DNA of 64,000 bases from an uncultured Bacteroidota bacterium (lineage in GTDB: Bacteria > Bacteroidota > Bacteroidia > Bacteroidales > GCA-2748055), in the NCBI GenBank assembly GCA_963783435.1, contig CAWANQ010000004.1:148560-212559 (forward strand), in the 5' to 3' direction. Below are positions 1 through 10,150 of the stretch, one piece after another; position 1 is the first letter of the stretch; each line of letters begins with the position of its first letter. Position numbers and translations under genes: made by a program. The notes under the pieces are model-generated. The model saw nothing but the letters and a program-made list of their open reading frames with translations. It was not told the origin of the DNA and did no database searches.

Positions 1-1
1 C

Positions 2-1294
2 ATTGGACATGTATTAAACTTCAAACACTACAAATGGAACAAATCCAATATGATATCCAATGTTTACCTTTCCGGTAACATCAAATCCTCCGAGCAAGTC
101 AGCGACTTAACCAGCTTAGCTAATTCATGGGTAAATGCTCCAGCACTCTCCATTCATTCTCCCGGTTATTCAGGGGGTAGCTATGTACAACATGAACGTG
201 GTTATGTATTTCAAAAGACAGAAGCCGGTAGTTCCTTAGATGTTACAATTGATGCAAGTGCAGACAATCCATTAATCAGACCCTCTTTTGTAGTTCAGAA
301 CTGGGGAACTTTGAATGTTCCAGAAGTTACAATGAATGGCAGCGCTTTGGTTGACGGCACTGATTTTAAACATGGTATGGAGGGTGCTTACCTTGTGATA
401 TATCTAAATGTAGAAAGTACAAGTGCTGTGGAATTAAGCATAGAAGGGGGAGAAAATAAATACATGGCTCCCACCATCGAATTAACTGACCCAATGGATG
501 AAGCCTCTCATGTTTATGGAGATACACTTACTTTTTCTGCAACACCTTTTGATGAGGACGGTTCCATCACCAGTGTTTCATTTTTTATCAATGATGTACT
601 GGTAAAATCTATATCAGATAGCCCTTACACCTTCAATTGGATTGCAAGCGGAGATGGTGCACATACCATTTACGCAATTTCAACTGATAATGATGGTATT
701 GCCAGTGAGCATTCCGATACAGTGATAATTTCAATATCGGGTACGCCAGCTGCTCCCATTTGCAGCATAACATCCCCATCCAATGGAGCTGAGTTAAGTG
801 AAGTAGATATCATTACCATCAACGCTTCCGCGAGCTCAGATGAAAAAGGTTCAATCGCCAGTGTTATATTTTATATTAATGATGTTCCCTTAAACATTAA
901 AACAGAAAGCCCTTACGCTTTTGACTGGCGCCCCACAGCAGCCGGAGATTATACCATTCACACAGTAGCGACCGACAATTTTGGTGTGAGAAGCGAGCAT
1001 TCCAATTATGTGAAAATTAAAGTAAATAGTATTAATCCAACATCTGCCACGAACAGATCCATTGACTCAAATACCACCTTCAAGATTTACCCGAATCCAG
1101 CTTCTGATCATATCTTTCTGGATGTTGATGCAAAGCGCATTTCTATAGTAAATACCCTGGGGCAGAAAGTAAAAACCATAACAGAGTACAGAAGTGGACA
1201 AGCAATTGATGTAAATTCACTAAAAAAAGGAATCTATTTTCTTTCCGTTGAATCAAAGCAAAATACGCTAACCGACAAACTCATTTTAAAATAA
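2..1294 (+). CDS. Secreted protein, 5'-truncated by the window edge: C-terminal part of the recurrent unknown domain, two Ig-like repeats and a T9SS C-terminal sorting domain
   Basis: The frame of ORF 50..1294 stays open back to nt 2 (IGHVLNFKHYKWNKSN...), so the gene starts upstream of the window. The first ~150 aa align with the C-termini of ORFs 27995..29452 and 23532..25691 (GHVLNFKHYKWN vs GHTLNWWHYRRN; NPLIRPSFVVQNWG vs VNPAFVIENWG). Two ~90-aa repeats follow (DGSITSVSFFINDV..SPYTFNW / KGSIASVIFYINDV..SPYAFDW). The end IYPNPASDHIFLDV...GIYFLSVES..LILK is a typical T9SS CTD. Confidence 0.75.
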   Translation: MGHVLNFKHYKWNKSNMISNVYLSGNIKSSEQVSDLTSLANSWVNAPALSIHSPGYSGGSYVQHERGYVFQKTEAGSSLDVTIDASADNPLIRPSFVVQNWGTLNVPEVTMNGSALVDGTDFKHGMEGAYLVIYLNVESTSAVELSIEGGENKYMAPTIELTDPMDEASHVYGDTLTFSATPFDEDGSITSVSFFINDVLVKSISDSPYTFNWIASGDGAHTIYAISTDNDGIASEHSDTVIISISGTPAAPICSITSPSNGAELSEVDIITINASASSDEKGSIASVIFYINDVPLNIKTESPYAFDWRPTAAGDYTIHTVATDNFGVRSEHSNYVKIKVNSINPTSATNRSIDSNTTFKIYPNPASDHIFLDVDAKRISIVNTLGQKVKTITEYRSGQAIDVNSLKKGIYFLSVESKQNTLTDKLILK

Positions 1295-1395
1295 TTTGAA
1301 TTCATCTGATTATAATTCAGCATACGCGGTTTGCATTAACAGGAAAAATGCCTGTCCAACGCTACCCTGGTCCCAATATTGTTATTGTGCTATAA

Positions 1396-2157
1396 TTATG
1401 CGCAGTATACGCCACCGTTAATATCAAGTGTTGCCCCTGTGATAAAACCATCATATTCCGATGCCAAATAGATAACTGCCCTGGCCACATCTTGCGGCTT
1501 CCCACCCCTTTGTAAAGGAATTCCTTCAATGGTTTTTTGGGCAGATTCTTTCGTAGTATGCGTATTATGAAATTTGGTGTCAAGAATTAATCCAGGAGCA
1601 ATAGCATTTACACGTATTCCTTTCTCTGCCAATTCAATTGACAAAGCCCTGCTCCAGGTAAGAACAGCTCCTTTGTTGCTTGCATAGGCTAAAGAACCCG
1701 GATGTCCTCCTTTTCTCCCTGCCAGAGAAGAAATATTTATAATGCTCGATTGACCTGCTTTTTCCAATGCCGGTATTGCTTCTCGGGTAACATACATCAT
1801 TGATGTAGTATTTAAATCAAACACAGTTTGCCAGAATTTTTGATCCAGTTCTTCTATCATTTTTCTTGCAACAAGTCCACCTGAATTATTAATCAGAATG
1901 TCCAGGCCATTCATATAATCGACAGCATCTTTCACACATTTAATTGCCTGCTGTTCATCGGTCAAATCAGCCTGATGAAACTTTATTTTACAATCATTAT
2001 TATGAGCAATTTCTTCTAATTCGTTTTTGCCCTCAGTAGTAGAGAAATAATGAATGTAAACATCGCATCCTGACTCCAACAATCCTTTCGATATTTCACG
2101 TCCAATTCCCTGGTTACCCCCAGTTACTAAAGCCTTTTTATTTTTTAATGAGCCCAT
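1396..2157 (-). CDS. SDR-family oxidoreductase (short-chain dehydrogenase/reductase)
   Basis: 253 aa. Rossmann motif TGGNQGIGREI, NNSG, and catalytic Y-x3-K (YASNKGAV). Last gene of the minus-strand gene string 6867->1396. Confidence 0.9.
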   Translation of the reverse strand: MGSLKNKKALVTGGNQGIGREISKGLLESGCDVYIHYFSTTEGKNELEEIAHNNDCKIKFHQADLTDEQQAIKCVKDAVDYMNGLDILINNSGGLVARKMIEELDQKFWQTVFDLNTTSMMYVTREAIPALEKAGQSSIINISSLAGRKGGHPGSLAYASNKGAVLTWSRALSIELAEKGIRVNAIAPGLILDTKFHNTHTTKESAQKTIEGIPLQRGGKPQDVARAVIYLASEYDGFITGATLDINGGVYCA

Positions 2158-2178
2158 AGTTGTCCATTAAGAGATTGA

Positions 2179-3600
2179 TTAGTTAGAGGTTCCAGCGTTA
2201 GAAATCAGGCCAATATTAGTATTGGACTCAGATTCTATATTCATCCATACGATTAAGTCATCTGAATCAAGAGACTTTCTGATAGAGAATTCATAATCTT
2301 TTCCCTGGACAAGTTCCTTATCATTTAGCATTACTTTTAAGGCACTGCTATTCCAATTTTTGATGATGAATACCGGATGAATCAAAGGCGAGCTTGCCGA
2401 AGCTGAAATGTTAATTCTTAATGTGCTTTCAGACGAATCCAATTTGGTTAACAGATATGCTCTTTCGTTACGGCTAAAACCTTCATAGGAATATGTATTG
2501 CTTGCTCGATTAAGTTTTGGAGTATTAATCCAATACTTAGCAAATGGAACAGTTTTTTCAATAGGATCATTTGATAAGCCCATTATAAAACGGCCTTCCC
2601 AGGCACCATCAATTTTCCTGGGTCTATTGAATGGAATTGCCGAAGTAATCGCTGAACTACTAATTCTATCCGCTGCAAGGATAAATCTTCCATCACTTGG
2701 AATTTGTGTTACGGGCCAATGATTACGCCAGTGGAATTTTGACAATCTGTAATCTACTTCCCGGTTACCTCCACCATAGGGTCCTATATACGAACCTGGC
2801 TCATAAATGTAAAATGGCTTAGCCGCGGATTTTATATTTATGAAGGTGATGATTTCATTCTCTATGGCACCAGCAAATCTACCATCACTGTCAGCTGGCC
2901 ATTTCTCATATGTATGATGACTGACTTCTCCTTTAAGATTAGCCAGGGAGACAGCTTGTAAATTGATGTTGTCTTCAGGTTTTTCTCCCGGATTACTTAA
3001 CATCGCTGGTTCAGTAATACTGTACTGGAGTTCTATATGATCTGATGCATCAAAATTTTGAATTTGTTCTCGGCTATATTCGCCTAATCCATGTACTAAA
3101 AAATGACGAATAGCAATTCCATCGGGGTAGATATAATAATATTCATCTGCCCAATCTCCCCAATTTGTTACAGGGTCTGTGTTTGCTATTTGGTATTTTA
3201 TATCCGTTAAAGCATATCGCCAATGCACAACTACCCGAGCGCTACTATTTTCAATTAATCTTATGTGGCTGTAACGGTTTTGTTTGTCAGACATATGTTC
3301 CATACATCCTAATTCTCCAAAGGTTTCAGCACTCTGGTCCGCCACCCACTTGCCATTTTCTGTCACCAGGTTCATATTGTAATTCGTGCCTTTCCAAAAG
3401 ACCATAGAATAGTCTTCATTGGGGAATGTTACCACGATATCAGGATATTGATCATCTCTCCATAAAACATCCCAATCTTCGTCATATTTTAATTTGGTGT
3501 AAAAGGCTCCGAATTCATTCTTATTTGTATTTATTGCAGGCAATTTACGCCAGATCAGCTTTGGCTCGTTGTCTGGTTTTAATTCATTATATGTTTCCAA
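2179..3600 (-). CDS. Uncharacterised conserved-domain protein (paralog P1 of the recurrent family)
   Basis: 473 aa with a TTG start in the track. Colinear with residues ~290-719 of ORF 23532..25691 and with ORF 27995..29452. Shared blocks: ARVVVHWRYA, GDWADEYYYIYPDG, HWRNHWPVTQIPSDGRF, HPVFIIKNWN, LNDKELVQGKDYEF. No signal peptide of its own; it overlaps the upstream LamG ORF by 22 nt. Confidence 0.8.
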   Translation of the reverse strand: METYNELKPDNEPKLIWRKLPAINTNKNEFGAFYTKLKYDEDWDVLWRDDQYPDIVVTFPNEDYSMVFWKGTNYNMNLVTENGKWVADQSAETFGELGCMEHMSDKQNRYSHIRLIENSSARVVVHWRYALTDIKYQIANTDPVTNWGDWADEYYYIYPDGIAIRHFLVHGLGEYSREQIQNFDASDHIELQYSITEPAMLSNPGEKPEDNINLQAVSLANLKGEVSHHTYEKWPADSDGRFAGAIENEIITFINIKSAAKPFYIYEPGSYIGPYGGGNREVDYRLSKFHWRNHWPVTQIPSDGRFILAADRISSSAITSAIPFNRPRKIDGAWEGRFIMGLSNDPIEKTVPFAKYWINTPKLNRASNTYSYEGFSRNERAYLLTKLDSSESTLRINISASASSPLIHPVFIIKNWNSSALKVMLNDKELVQGKDYEFSIRKSLDSDDLIVWMNIESESNTNIGLISNAGTSN

Positions 3601-4358
3601 TAACTCATCTGAGGTTTAATCTGACGTGTAATTATTAACTCATCAATAATTCCATCAAAAGAGTAAGAAGCAGGTTCTCTTACAAAACCAGCCCTGTTTA
3701 AGGACGAAGGCGGAGTTAATTCATGGTTCCTGGCTATTTGTAATTCAAAATACCTGTCATTTAATAGATCGCCAACAACATTAAGTTCACCAACTTGTTC
3801 CCCGTTAACAAATACGGCCATACCTTTATCAGGATCATATGTTGCCGCGATATAGGACCATTCCATAAAGGGGATTTTCTTTTCGCTGACACATTCTCTC
3901 CATTGACGTGCGATGGCTGCATGTAAACCTATTCTACCTTCTCCGTCAATACCAAAAAATATTCCTCTTTGATGATGGTATTCCTGGTTATAAATGGCGC
4001 ACCAGTTCCATGGATAAGCCTGTGGAGCAACCCATGCTTCTATGGTAAATGGTCCACTAATACATGGAGCTTCATAACCATCGCGTGAAATACGTGTTGA
4101 AAATCCATCGCATTTTAAAGCTTTACCCTTTATGCCTTCAACCAGTTTGTAGTTACCCTTAATGATATCAGAAAAACCAGTTACTTCTTCGGGGGTTCTG
4201 TTATTCTCAACTTCATCGAAATTCCATTGAACTATGAGCTGACCGTCCTGAGCGCTTAATTTCTTAACAGGTATTGAAAACACAAACAGAAAAAATATAG
4301 CTCTGATCATTGTAAGGTGATGTAGTCTCATACAGCGAGATACTAGTAAATTCTTCAT
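3579..4358 (-). CDS. LamG / concanavalin-A-like lectin domain protein (probably the N-terminal half of a split LamG + unknown-domain gene)
   Basis: 259 aa with a signal peptide (IFFLFVFSIPVKKLSAQ). Aligns with the N-terminal ~280 aa of ORF 23532..25691 (WNFDE/WTFDD; FTIEAWV/FTIETWV; VFVNGEQV/VYVNGELK; FDGIIDELII/IDGILDELKL). Confidence 0.75.
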   Translation of the reverse strand: MKNLLVSRCMRLHHLTMIRAIFFLFVFSIPVKKLSAQDGQLIVQWNFDEVENNRTPEEVTGFSDIIKGNYKLVEGIKGKALKCDGFSTRISRDGYEAPCISGPFTIEAWVAPQAYPWNWCAIYNQEYHHQRGIFFGIDGEGRIGLHAAIARQWRECVSEKKIPFMEWSYIAATYDPDKGMAVFVNGEQVGELNVVGDLLNDRYFELQIARNHELTPPSSLNRAGFVREPASYSFDGIIDELIITRQIKPQMSYWKHIMN

Positions 4359-4489
4359 ACTGGCAAGATTAATTACTTATTTTCTAAAAGTAAGAAAGCT
4401 TATTAATCCTTCCAAAGCAGAACGCTTGAAAATTTGTTGAATCAGAATAGTAAAAAAAAAATGAAATGAAAGAAAAATCAAGCAGAAAA

Positions 4490-4509
4490 CATCCTTAAAA
4501 AGAAGGATG
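4490..4509 (-). terminator. Candidate intrinsic terminator or attenuator hairpin between the beta-helix gene and the LamG gene
   Basis: CATCCTT-aaaaag-AAGGATG (7-bp stem). On the minus strand it is followed by TTTTCTGCTTGATTTTTC. It lies 37 nt downstream of the stop at 4546. Confidence 0.35.
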
Positions 4510-4545
4510 GATTATATACTGAATTTGTGTTTTATTGATTGATCG

Positions 4546-6867
4546 TTATCTGAATCTCTCAGGAAAATCATCCCTGAGTCCCGCATCCCTTACATCAATT
4601 GACTTTATTCCCATTTTTAGTGCTGGTGATTCAGGCTTCAACCTGAAATCCCCATTTTCCCAATCAACAAACATAGGATCGGCATACAGGCCATTTCTGT
4701 CATGTCCCTCTGCTCTTAATCCGCTCAACGGGATGTCTTTACTACCTGGCGCTTCAGCATTGAAATAGAGGTTTTGATCTACGGTGCATTTATCAAAGTA
4801 CTCGTATAATCCAGGGGTCTCATCTCCATGACCTTCCCGGAGCTCAAATACATAGAATTGTTGCTTCGCTCCCGGTTCGAAAAGTATGTTGCGTTCGATA
4901 CGGGTTCCATCGACATAACGTCGGCCAACAATCATATATTGATTGGGTGTAACATCCACGATAAAATTATTGATCCAATAATTCTCATGTTTTACAAGAA
5001 CTCCGCAAAAGGTATTGGTCCTGAATATTACATTCTCTTCAATTAGGGTTCCCCGCTGATAGTCGTCAATACGAATGGCACTATGCAACATTGGGTTGTA
5101 GATATCATGTAGATAATTGCGGCGGATGATGTTCCCTTCTCCTGCCCCGCTGATATTTAACGCAGATCCATCTCCCATAATTTCTCCAACCCTGTATATC
5201 TCGTTGTATTCAACAATGTTATTACGGGTATGCAAATAAGGAGTGATCTCGGGCCATTCCCACACATCTACTCTGCCCCAGGGCATGCTGGCAGCTCTCT
5301 CTGTACAGGCTGCAGAGTCTTCTATTTCATACCAGCGAATGGAAGGGGCATTTTCCCGGAAGGGGGGATGTGCATGTTTCAGGAATTCATCATCAGGATC
5401 AAAGAATTGAGGACGAACTCCTGTCACACAGATTGCTTTTCGTGGCATATTGTGAATGGTATTATGCGCCACATGGTTTTCGCCACTTTGCCACAAAACA
5501 ATACCATGCGAGTGCCAATAGATCTCTCCGTTATGATGAATATGATTATTCACCACTTCGTTCTTCTTATTCACATCTTTTATGCCCGGGCCATATCCGA
5601 TTAAGAGGATTCCCGCACCACCCAGGTGATTGATTTCATTGTTATAGATTCTGTTATTCTGACAGTGCAGATCCAGGCGGATCGCGGAACCCCCACTATT
5701 ATAAAATTTACAGGCTTCAACCACACAGTTTTCAGCTCCCCGAAAACGCAGAAGTGCATCTGCTTTATCGATCATCTCCCAATCGTGCTGTATGGACTTA
5801 TCATCGATTTTTACCTTCCCCCTGTCGGCCTGGGTAAAGCCCAGGTCCTTGAAAACAATCCCTCGCACCGGTTTATCTTCAGGGCCTTCGAAGTCTATGG
5901 TCCCTTCAACACGGATGAGTTCCGTAAGGCATGGTGCAAAAATGTTATCACCTGGTTGGTCATCATAAGGCCAGAGGTAAAGTTTGCCTTTTTTACTGTC
6001 TAAGACCCATTCTCCCGGGCAATCAAGTGCTTCGAGGGTGTTCTCAACCCAAACAGCTGGTTCGCCCTCGGAGATTGCCTGGGGCCTTTGGTTTGTAATG
6101 GTATGTAATTTCCCATAGTTATGGATATCCGTTCTGGCCACTAAATTCTCCTCGTCAACAGACTCAAGAGAAAGTATCGTGATTGTAAAGTGCAATCGGC
6201 GCACTATAATTTCAACATCTTTCAGATTTGACCAATTTTTAATGGTGCCTTCTTCAAATTTAAATTCCCTGTGAGGATTCTTGATGGATTTATGCTCATC
6301 ATCTACTACATAGGCCTGGGATTGTGATCTGGGCAGTCTTTTGTCATGATCATATAAAGTACGAAATGGGCCGAGCCCTTCAGGAACGTCCGCTACCCAA
6401 ACTTTTGCCTTGGCCATCTCTGGTAATTCACTCGTTGATTCCTGGTATAGCTTCCAACCTCTCTCACTATATTGCTCCCATCCTTCAATTTTTACACCTG
6501 AACTAAAGATTGGTTCCTCACCCGGATAAGCAGCATATGTAATTGTATGACCTAGTGCGGCAGCATCCTTCAGGCCAAAAACAACTGTCTCTTTTAAAAA
6601 GTACCTTCCGCCTCTTATTAAAACAGAAATATCCCCTTTGCCTTCATCTTGCTTGAGTTTTAGCACTTCATCCCTGGCTTTTTCTAAAGTGGCAAATGGA
6701 CCATCGGAATTATCCTTATTGGGACTCTCGAGCTTACCCGACCAGGTATCATTCCCGTTTGTTGCAACATAAAAATCTGCATTCACTTCACTGCCTTCAA
6801 CAGGAGTATTTGCTTTCAGACTGAATAGTAAAATGAAGCAAGTAGATACTATTATTGTGTTTTTCAT
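4546..6867 (-). CDS. Secreted right-handed parallel beta-helix protein (pectate-lyase fold; candidate polysaccharide lyase/hydrolase)
   Basis: 773 aa with a signal peptide. N-terminal FYVATNGNDTWSGK..GPFATLEKA is typical of beta-helix enzymes. Repeated PbH1-like turns are present (NNRIYNNEINHLGGAGILL, VVNNHIHHNG, RNNIVEYNEIY, IIRRNYLHDI). Confidence 0.85.
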   Translation of the reverse strand: MKNTIIVSTCFILLFSLKANTPVEGSEVNADFYVATNGNDTWSGKLESPNKDNSDGPFATLEKARDEVLKLKQDEGKGDISVLIRGGRYFLKETVVFGLKDAAALGHTITYAAYPGEEPIFSSGVKIEGWEQYSERGWKLYQESTSELPEMAKAKVWVADVPEGLGPFRTLYDHDKRLPRSQSQAYVVDDEHKSIKNPHREFKFEEGTIKNWSNLKDVEIIVRRLHFTITILSLESVDEENLVARTDIHNYGKLHTITNQRPQAISEGEPAVWVENTLEALDCPGEWVLDSKKGKLYLWPYDDQPGDNIFAPCLTELIRVEGTIDFEGPEDKPVRGIVFKDLGFTQADRGKVKIDDKSIQHDWEMIDKADALLRFRGAENCVVEACKFYNSGGSAIRLDLHCQNNRIYNNEINHLGGAGILLIGYGPGIKDVNKKNEVVNNHIHHNGEIYWHSHGIVLWQSGENHVAHNTIHNMPRKAICVTGVRPQFFDPDDEFLKHAHPPFRENAPSIRWYEIEDSAACTERAASMPWGRVDVWEWPEITPYLHTRNNIVEYNEIYRVGEIMGDGSALNISGAGEGNIIRRNYLHDIYNPMLHSAIRIDDYQRGTLIEENVIFRTNTFCGVLVKHENYWINNFIVDVTPNQYMIVGRRYVDGTRIERNILFEPGAKQQFYVFELREGHGDETPGLYEYFDKCTVDQNLYFNAEAPGSKDIPLSGLRAEGHDRNGLYADPMFVDWENGDFRLKPESPALKMGIKSIDVRDAGLRDDFPERFR

Positions 6868-6943
6868 AATATATTGTTAATAATTGTAAGAGCTAAGCTC
6901 TGAACAAATCTATCCCCAATTTCGCCTTTTCATAATGCAATAT

Positions 6944-6972
6944 CTTCCGGAAAAAAGGGAAAGTCTTCCGAA
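6944..6972 (-). promoter_or_regulatory. Phased direct-repeat operator, site 1 (CTTCCGGAA-N12-CTTCCGAA, 21-bp phase)
   Basis: TTCCGGAA at 6945 and TTCCGAA at 6966, exactly 21 bp apart, 78 nt upstream of the start at 6867. Same architecture and orientation as sites at 16499, 21958 and 22111. Confidence 0.55.
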
Positions 6973-7070
6973 TTTGCATGAAGCATACTTCATGCTCCTG
7001 GATTGATTTGTATTTTTGATGGAGCCATATACTCCTTCACCAATAGGAGTTTGATTAAAAGCAAATCGTT

Positions 7071-7571
7071 ATGACAAAAACAATTGGTCTCGGAATCGTT
7101 TTAATGCTCATTTTGAACGGATGTGGATCAAAAAGTGAACAACAAGTTGCCAGAAGCTTTCAAAATACAGACGTCTCTTTCACCACTGGGTATGCGGATT
7201 TACAGGAATTATTCGACTCAGCTGAAGTAAAGGTTGTAGAAAACATCATATCGTATAATGATGAGTTCAGATTCATGATTGAAGGTGCCGTGTACCCCTT
7301 TGTATTTCTGGAAACGCAGCCCATGGATGAAGAATACGAATACACACAGGTTATCGGTGATAAAATATATACCCTGCATCAAAAAGACAATGTTCTGTCC
7401 GGGAAAGTGAATGACAACATACTCTTTATATGTACCGCCGGAGCTAAAATAAAAACCGATTTAGATGGGTCGGTTATAGATTTGGTAGGCATCGACTCAG
7501 TTTCCAGGAATATTGATTTGAGCTTCGGAAACAATTCGTATAGTTTCACGGCATCTCCAAATAGGGCTTAG
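7071..7571 (+). CDS. Hypothetical lipoprotein
   Basis: 166 aa. Lipobox-like LILNGC followed by GSKSEQ. No recognisable catalytic motif. Coding status supported only by ORF length, the signal peptide and its intergenic position. Confidence 0.45.
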   Translation: MTKTIGLGIVLMLILNGCGSKSEQQVARSFQNTDVSFTTGYADLQELFDSAEVKVVENIISYNDEFRFMIEGAVYPFVFLETQPMDEEYEYTQVIGDKIYTLHQKDNVLSGKVNDNILFICTAGAKIKTDLDGSVIDLVGIDSVSRNIDLSFGNNSYSFTASPNRA

Positions 7572-7664
7572 GCTTTCGAAGAAGATGCAAGGGTTATTAA
7601 AGAAGTGCCATTTAACTATCCATATAGAGAGTAGAATTTCTTGTCTTACTATAAATCTAAAAAT

Positions 7665-10079
7665 ATGCTGCGATTACTTCTTATATTAACATTAGTTACT
7701 TCTGTTCTTTTGAGTTGTTCTGCTCAGAAATTTGAAATGGTTCAGGATGGTATCATAATAAAGCTTGATAAAACAATATCAGGAGGTGCCTCTTCGATGC
7801 GATTAAAATTCATTTCCGATGATATTGTTCAGGTATTGGTTTTCCCAGGCGATGACCGAAAAGAACCTTTGAGCCTCTGTGTTGAAAACAAAGAATGGTC
7901 GCCAATTAAATTTGAGGTCACCGAAAGCAACAACAATATTTTAGTTAACACCAAAGATCTTCAACTTGAAATTAGCATGCCGGAAGGCATAATTACTTAC
8001 CTCGATAAATCGGGGAAAGTATTGCTTCAGGAGAATGGCAGGACTTTACAAGCGGTAACATTAGCAAATGACTCAGGAGTAAAAATAAAGCAGAATCTCA
8101 AACTTCGTGCTGATGAAGCTATCTATGGCTGGGGACAGTACGAAGGTGGTATTATGAACTGGAGAGGTCATGTTGCCGAACTAAAGCAGGAGAATACCGG
8201 TACTGCTGTTCCGGTGTTTGTTTCAACCAGGGGATATGGAATGCTTTGGGATAATTACTCGTTTACCAAATTTGTAGACAAACAACAAACTTTTATCACA
8301 TCTGAATTGGGCGACGCACTAAACTATTATTTCTTTTACGGACCTACCATAGATGAAGTAATATCAGCTTACAGAGAAGTAACAGGACCTGCACCCATGT
8401 TTCCGAAATGGGCATACGGTTATACACAATCAAGAGAAAATTACGAAAGTCAGGAAGATGTATTGTATGCTGCCAGAGAATTACGTCGCAGAGAAATTCC
8501 ATTTGATGTAATTATTAAGGACTGGAACTACTGGGAACAGGGACAATGGGGCCAGAAGTCACTGAGAGAGGACCTGTTTCCCGATCCGAACGCCATGATC
8601 GATGAATTGAACAACAAACTTAATGCCCATACGCTTATTTCGATCTGGCCGAATTTAGAGAAGGGCAGCCCCGATTATAATGAGTTTATTGATAAAGAAG
8701 ATTTTCACTTCCCAATGGAATCCTTTGATCCGGATGAAAATGGGTTTATTATCTATAATGCTTTTAATGAAGCAGCAAGAAAATTATACTGGCAGCAGGT
8801 TGAAGAAGGAATCCTGGTACATGGCTTTGACGGTTTATGGTGCGACTCTTCGGAACCAGAACCCGGCTTCCTTGATAATGACAATGACAAAAATAAAACC
8901 AAGCTAAGTTCAAATTTCGGATCTGGTACGCGCTATTTTAATGCATACCCTTTAATGCATGCAAAAGGCATTTACGAGAACTGGATGAATTCCGGTCGTT
9001 CAGCAAGACTGGTTAATTTAACACGATCAGGCTATGCGGGACAACAAAAGTATGGAACTATCTGCTGGTCTGGGGATATATCGGCAACATGGAATGTATT
9101 TAAAACGCAGATAGCGGCTGGTTTGAATTTTTGTATGACTGGCATACCCTACTGGGGGAATGATATCGGTGCATTTTTTGTTAAACCTGAGGTTAACGGT
9201 TATCTCGGTGGCGGAGATTATGAGCATGGGCCTGAAGATGATGGGTATAAAGAGCTTTACGTCCGTTGGATTCAATACGGTGCATTCTGTCCTCAAATGC
9301 GCTCTCACGGTACGGATTTTCCAAGGGAACCATGGCGTTTTGGCGAAGACGGAACCTGGGCATACGATGCTATTGTAAAAATGATAAATCTTCGATACAG
9401 GTTTATGCCTTACATATATTCCGCAGCAAATAAAGTCACCACTGAACATTATACCATGATGCGTGGGATGGCCATGGACTTCCAGGATGATGTGATGGTT
9501 TATGACATTGATGATCAGTACATGTTTGGCCCTGCAATTATGGTTAGTCCGGTAGTTCAAGAGAAGGTTAACCACAGAAACATATACCTTCCTGAAGGAA
9601 GCGGTTGGTATAATTTCTGGGATGGAAACTACCTGACAGGCGGACAGACCATTGTAGAACAAACTCCCATCGATATTATTCCACTCTATGTAAAATCAGG
9701 TTCAATTTTACCCCTGGGTCCCGATGTGCAATATGCCACAGAAAAAACAGGCCCGATTGAAATTCGAATTTTTGAAGGTGCTGATGGAGAATTTGAACTA
9801 TATGAAGATGATAATGAGACCTACAATTACAAAAATGGTGAGTTCAGTAAAATCAAATTTACATGGGATGACACAAATAAGATCCTGACCATTCATGATA
9901 TAGAGGGAGAATATCCGGGGATGAATCCTGAGCATACATTTCGTATAGTTTTATACAAGAAAAGGTCAAAACTTCATACATGGACTGGACTTGGATTGGA
10001 AGCTGGTTTGGAATTATCTGAAAATCCTGATGAAGTAATAAAGTACACCGGTGAGAAAGTAGATGTCAGTTTAAACTAG
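7665..10079 (+). CDS. GH31 glycoside hydrolase (alpha-xylosidase/alpha-glucosidase type)
   Basis: GH31 blocks KDWNYW, GFDGLWCDSSEPE, RSGYAGQQKYGTICWSGDISATW, GIPYWGNDIGAFF. The track start at 7641 is TTG; the ATG at 7665 gives a clean signal peptide (MLRLLLILTLVTSVLLSCSAQ). Confidence 0.9.
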   Translation: MLRLLLILTLVTSVLLSCSAQKFEMVQDGIIIKLDKTISGGASSMRLKFISDDIVQVLVFPGDDRKEPLSLCVENKEWSPIKFEVTESNNNILVNTKDLQLEISMPEGIITYLDKSGKVLLQENGRTLQAVTLANDSGVKIKQNLKLRADEAIYGWGQYEGGIMNWRGHVAELKQENTGTAVPVFVSTRGYGMLWDNYSFTKFVDKQQTFITSELGDALNYYFFYGPTIDEVISAYREVTGPAPMFPKWAYGYTQSRENYESQEDVLYAARELRRREIPFDVIIKDWNYWEQGQWGQKSLREDLFPDPNAMIDELNNKLNAHTLISIWPNLEKGSPDYNEFIDKEDFHFPMESFDPDENGFIIYNAFNEAARKLYWQQVEEGILVHGFDGLWCDSSEPEPGFLDNDNDKNKTKLSSNFGSGTRYFNAYPLMHAKGIYENWMNSGRSARLVNLTRSGYAGQQKYGTICWSGDISATWNVFKTQIAAGLNFCMTGIPYWGNDIGAFFVKPEVNGYLGGGDYEHGPEDDGYKELYVRWIQYGAFCPQMRSHGTDFPREPWRFGEDGTWAYDAIVKMINLRYRFMPYIYSAANKVTTEHYTMMRGMAMDFQDDVMVYDIDDQYMFGPAIMVSPVVQEKVNHRNIYLPEGSGWYNFWDGNYLTGGQTIVEQTPIDIIPLYVKSGSILPLGPDVQYATEKTGPIEIRIFEGADGEFELYEDDNETYNYKNGEFSKIKFTWDDTNKILTIHDIEGEYPGMNPEHTFRIVLYKKRSKLHTWTGLGLEAGLELSENPDEVIKYTGEKVDVSLN

Positions 10080-10150
10080 AACATGTATTTGTTGGTGTAC
10101 CAATTTCACTCTATCCTAAAAAACAACAGAATAAATAAAAATACGACGCA

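Noticed and set aside
7071-7571. ORF 7071..7571 as a truncated N-terminal fragment of a larger glycoside hydrolase. The stretch EGAVYPFVFLETQPM vaguely recalls the N-termini of some (alpha/alpha)6 enzymes.
   Set aside because: The resemblance rests on one short motif recalled from memory. I could find no downstream out-of-frame continuation before the GH31 gene. It is kept as a hypothetical lipoprotein only.
9027-9662. Long antisense ORFs inside well-supported genes. Examples: 9027..9662 in GH31, 24426..24923, 29591..30427 and 29859..30476 in the ROK regulator, 32038..32466, 52068..52577 in the MFS gene, and 56833..57264 in the TBDR.
   Set aside because: Each lies wholly within, and opposite to, a CDS with strong family motifs. 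The translations are low-complexity or Cys/His/Arg-rich with no recognisable motifs or signals. They are typical shadow ORFs.
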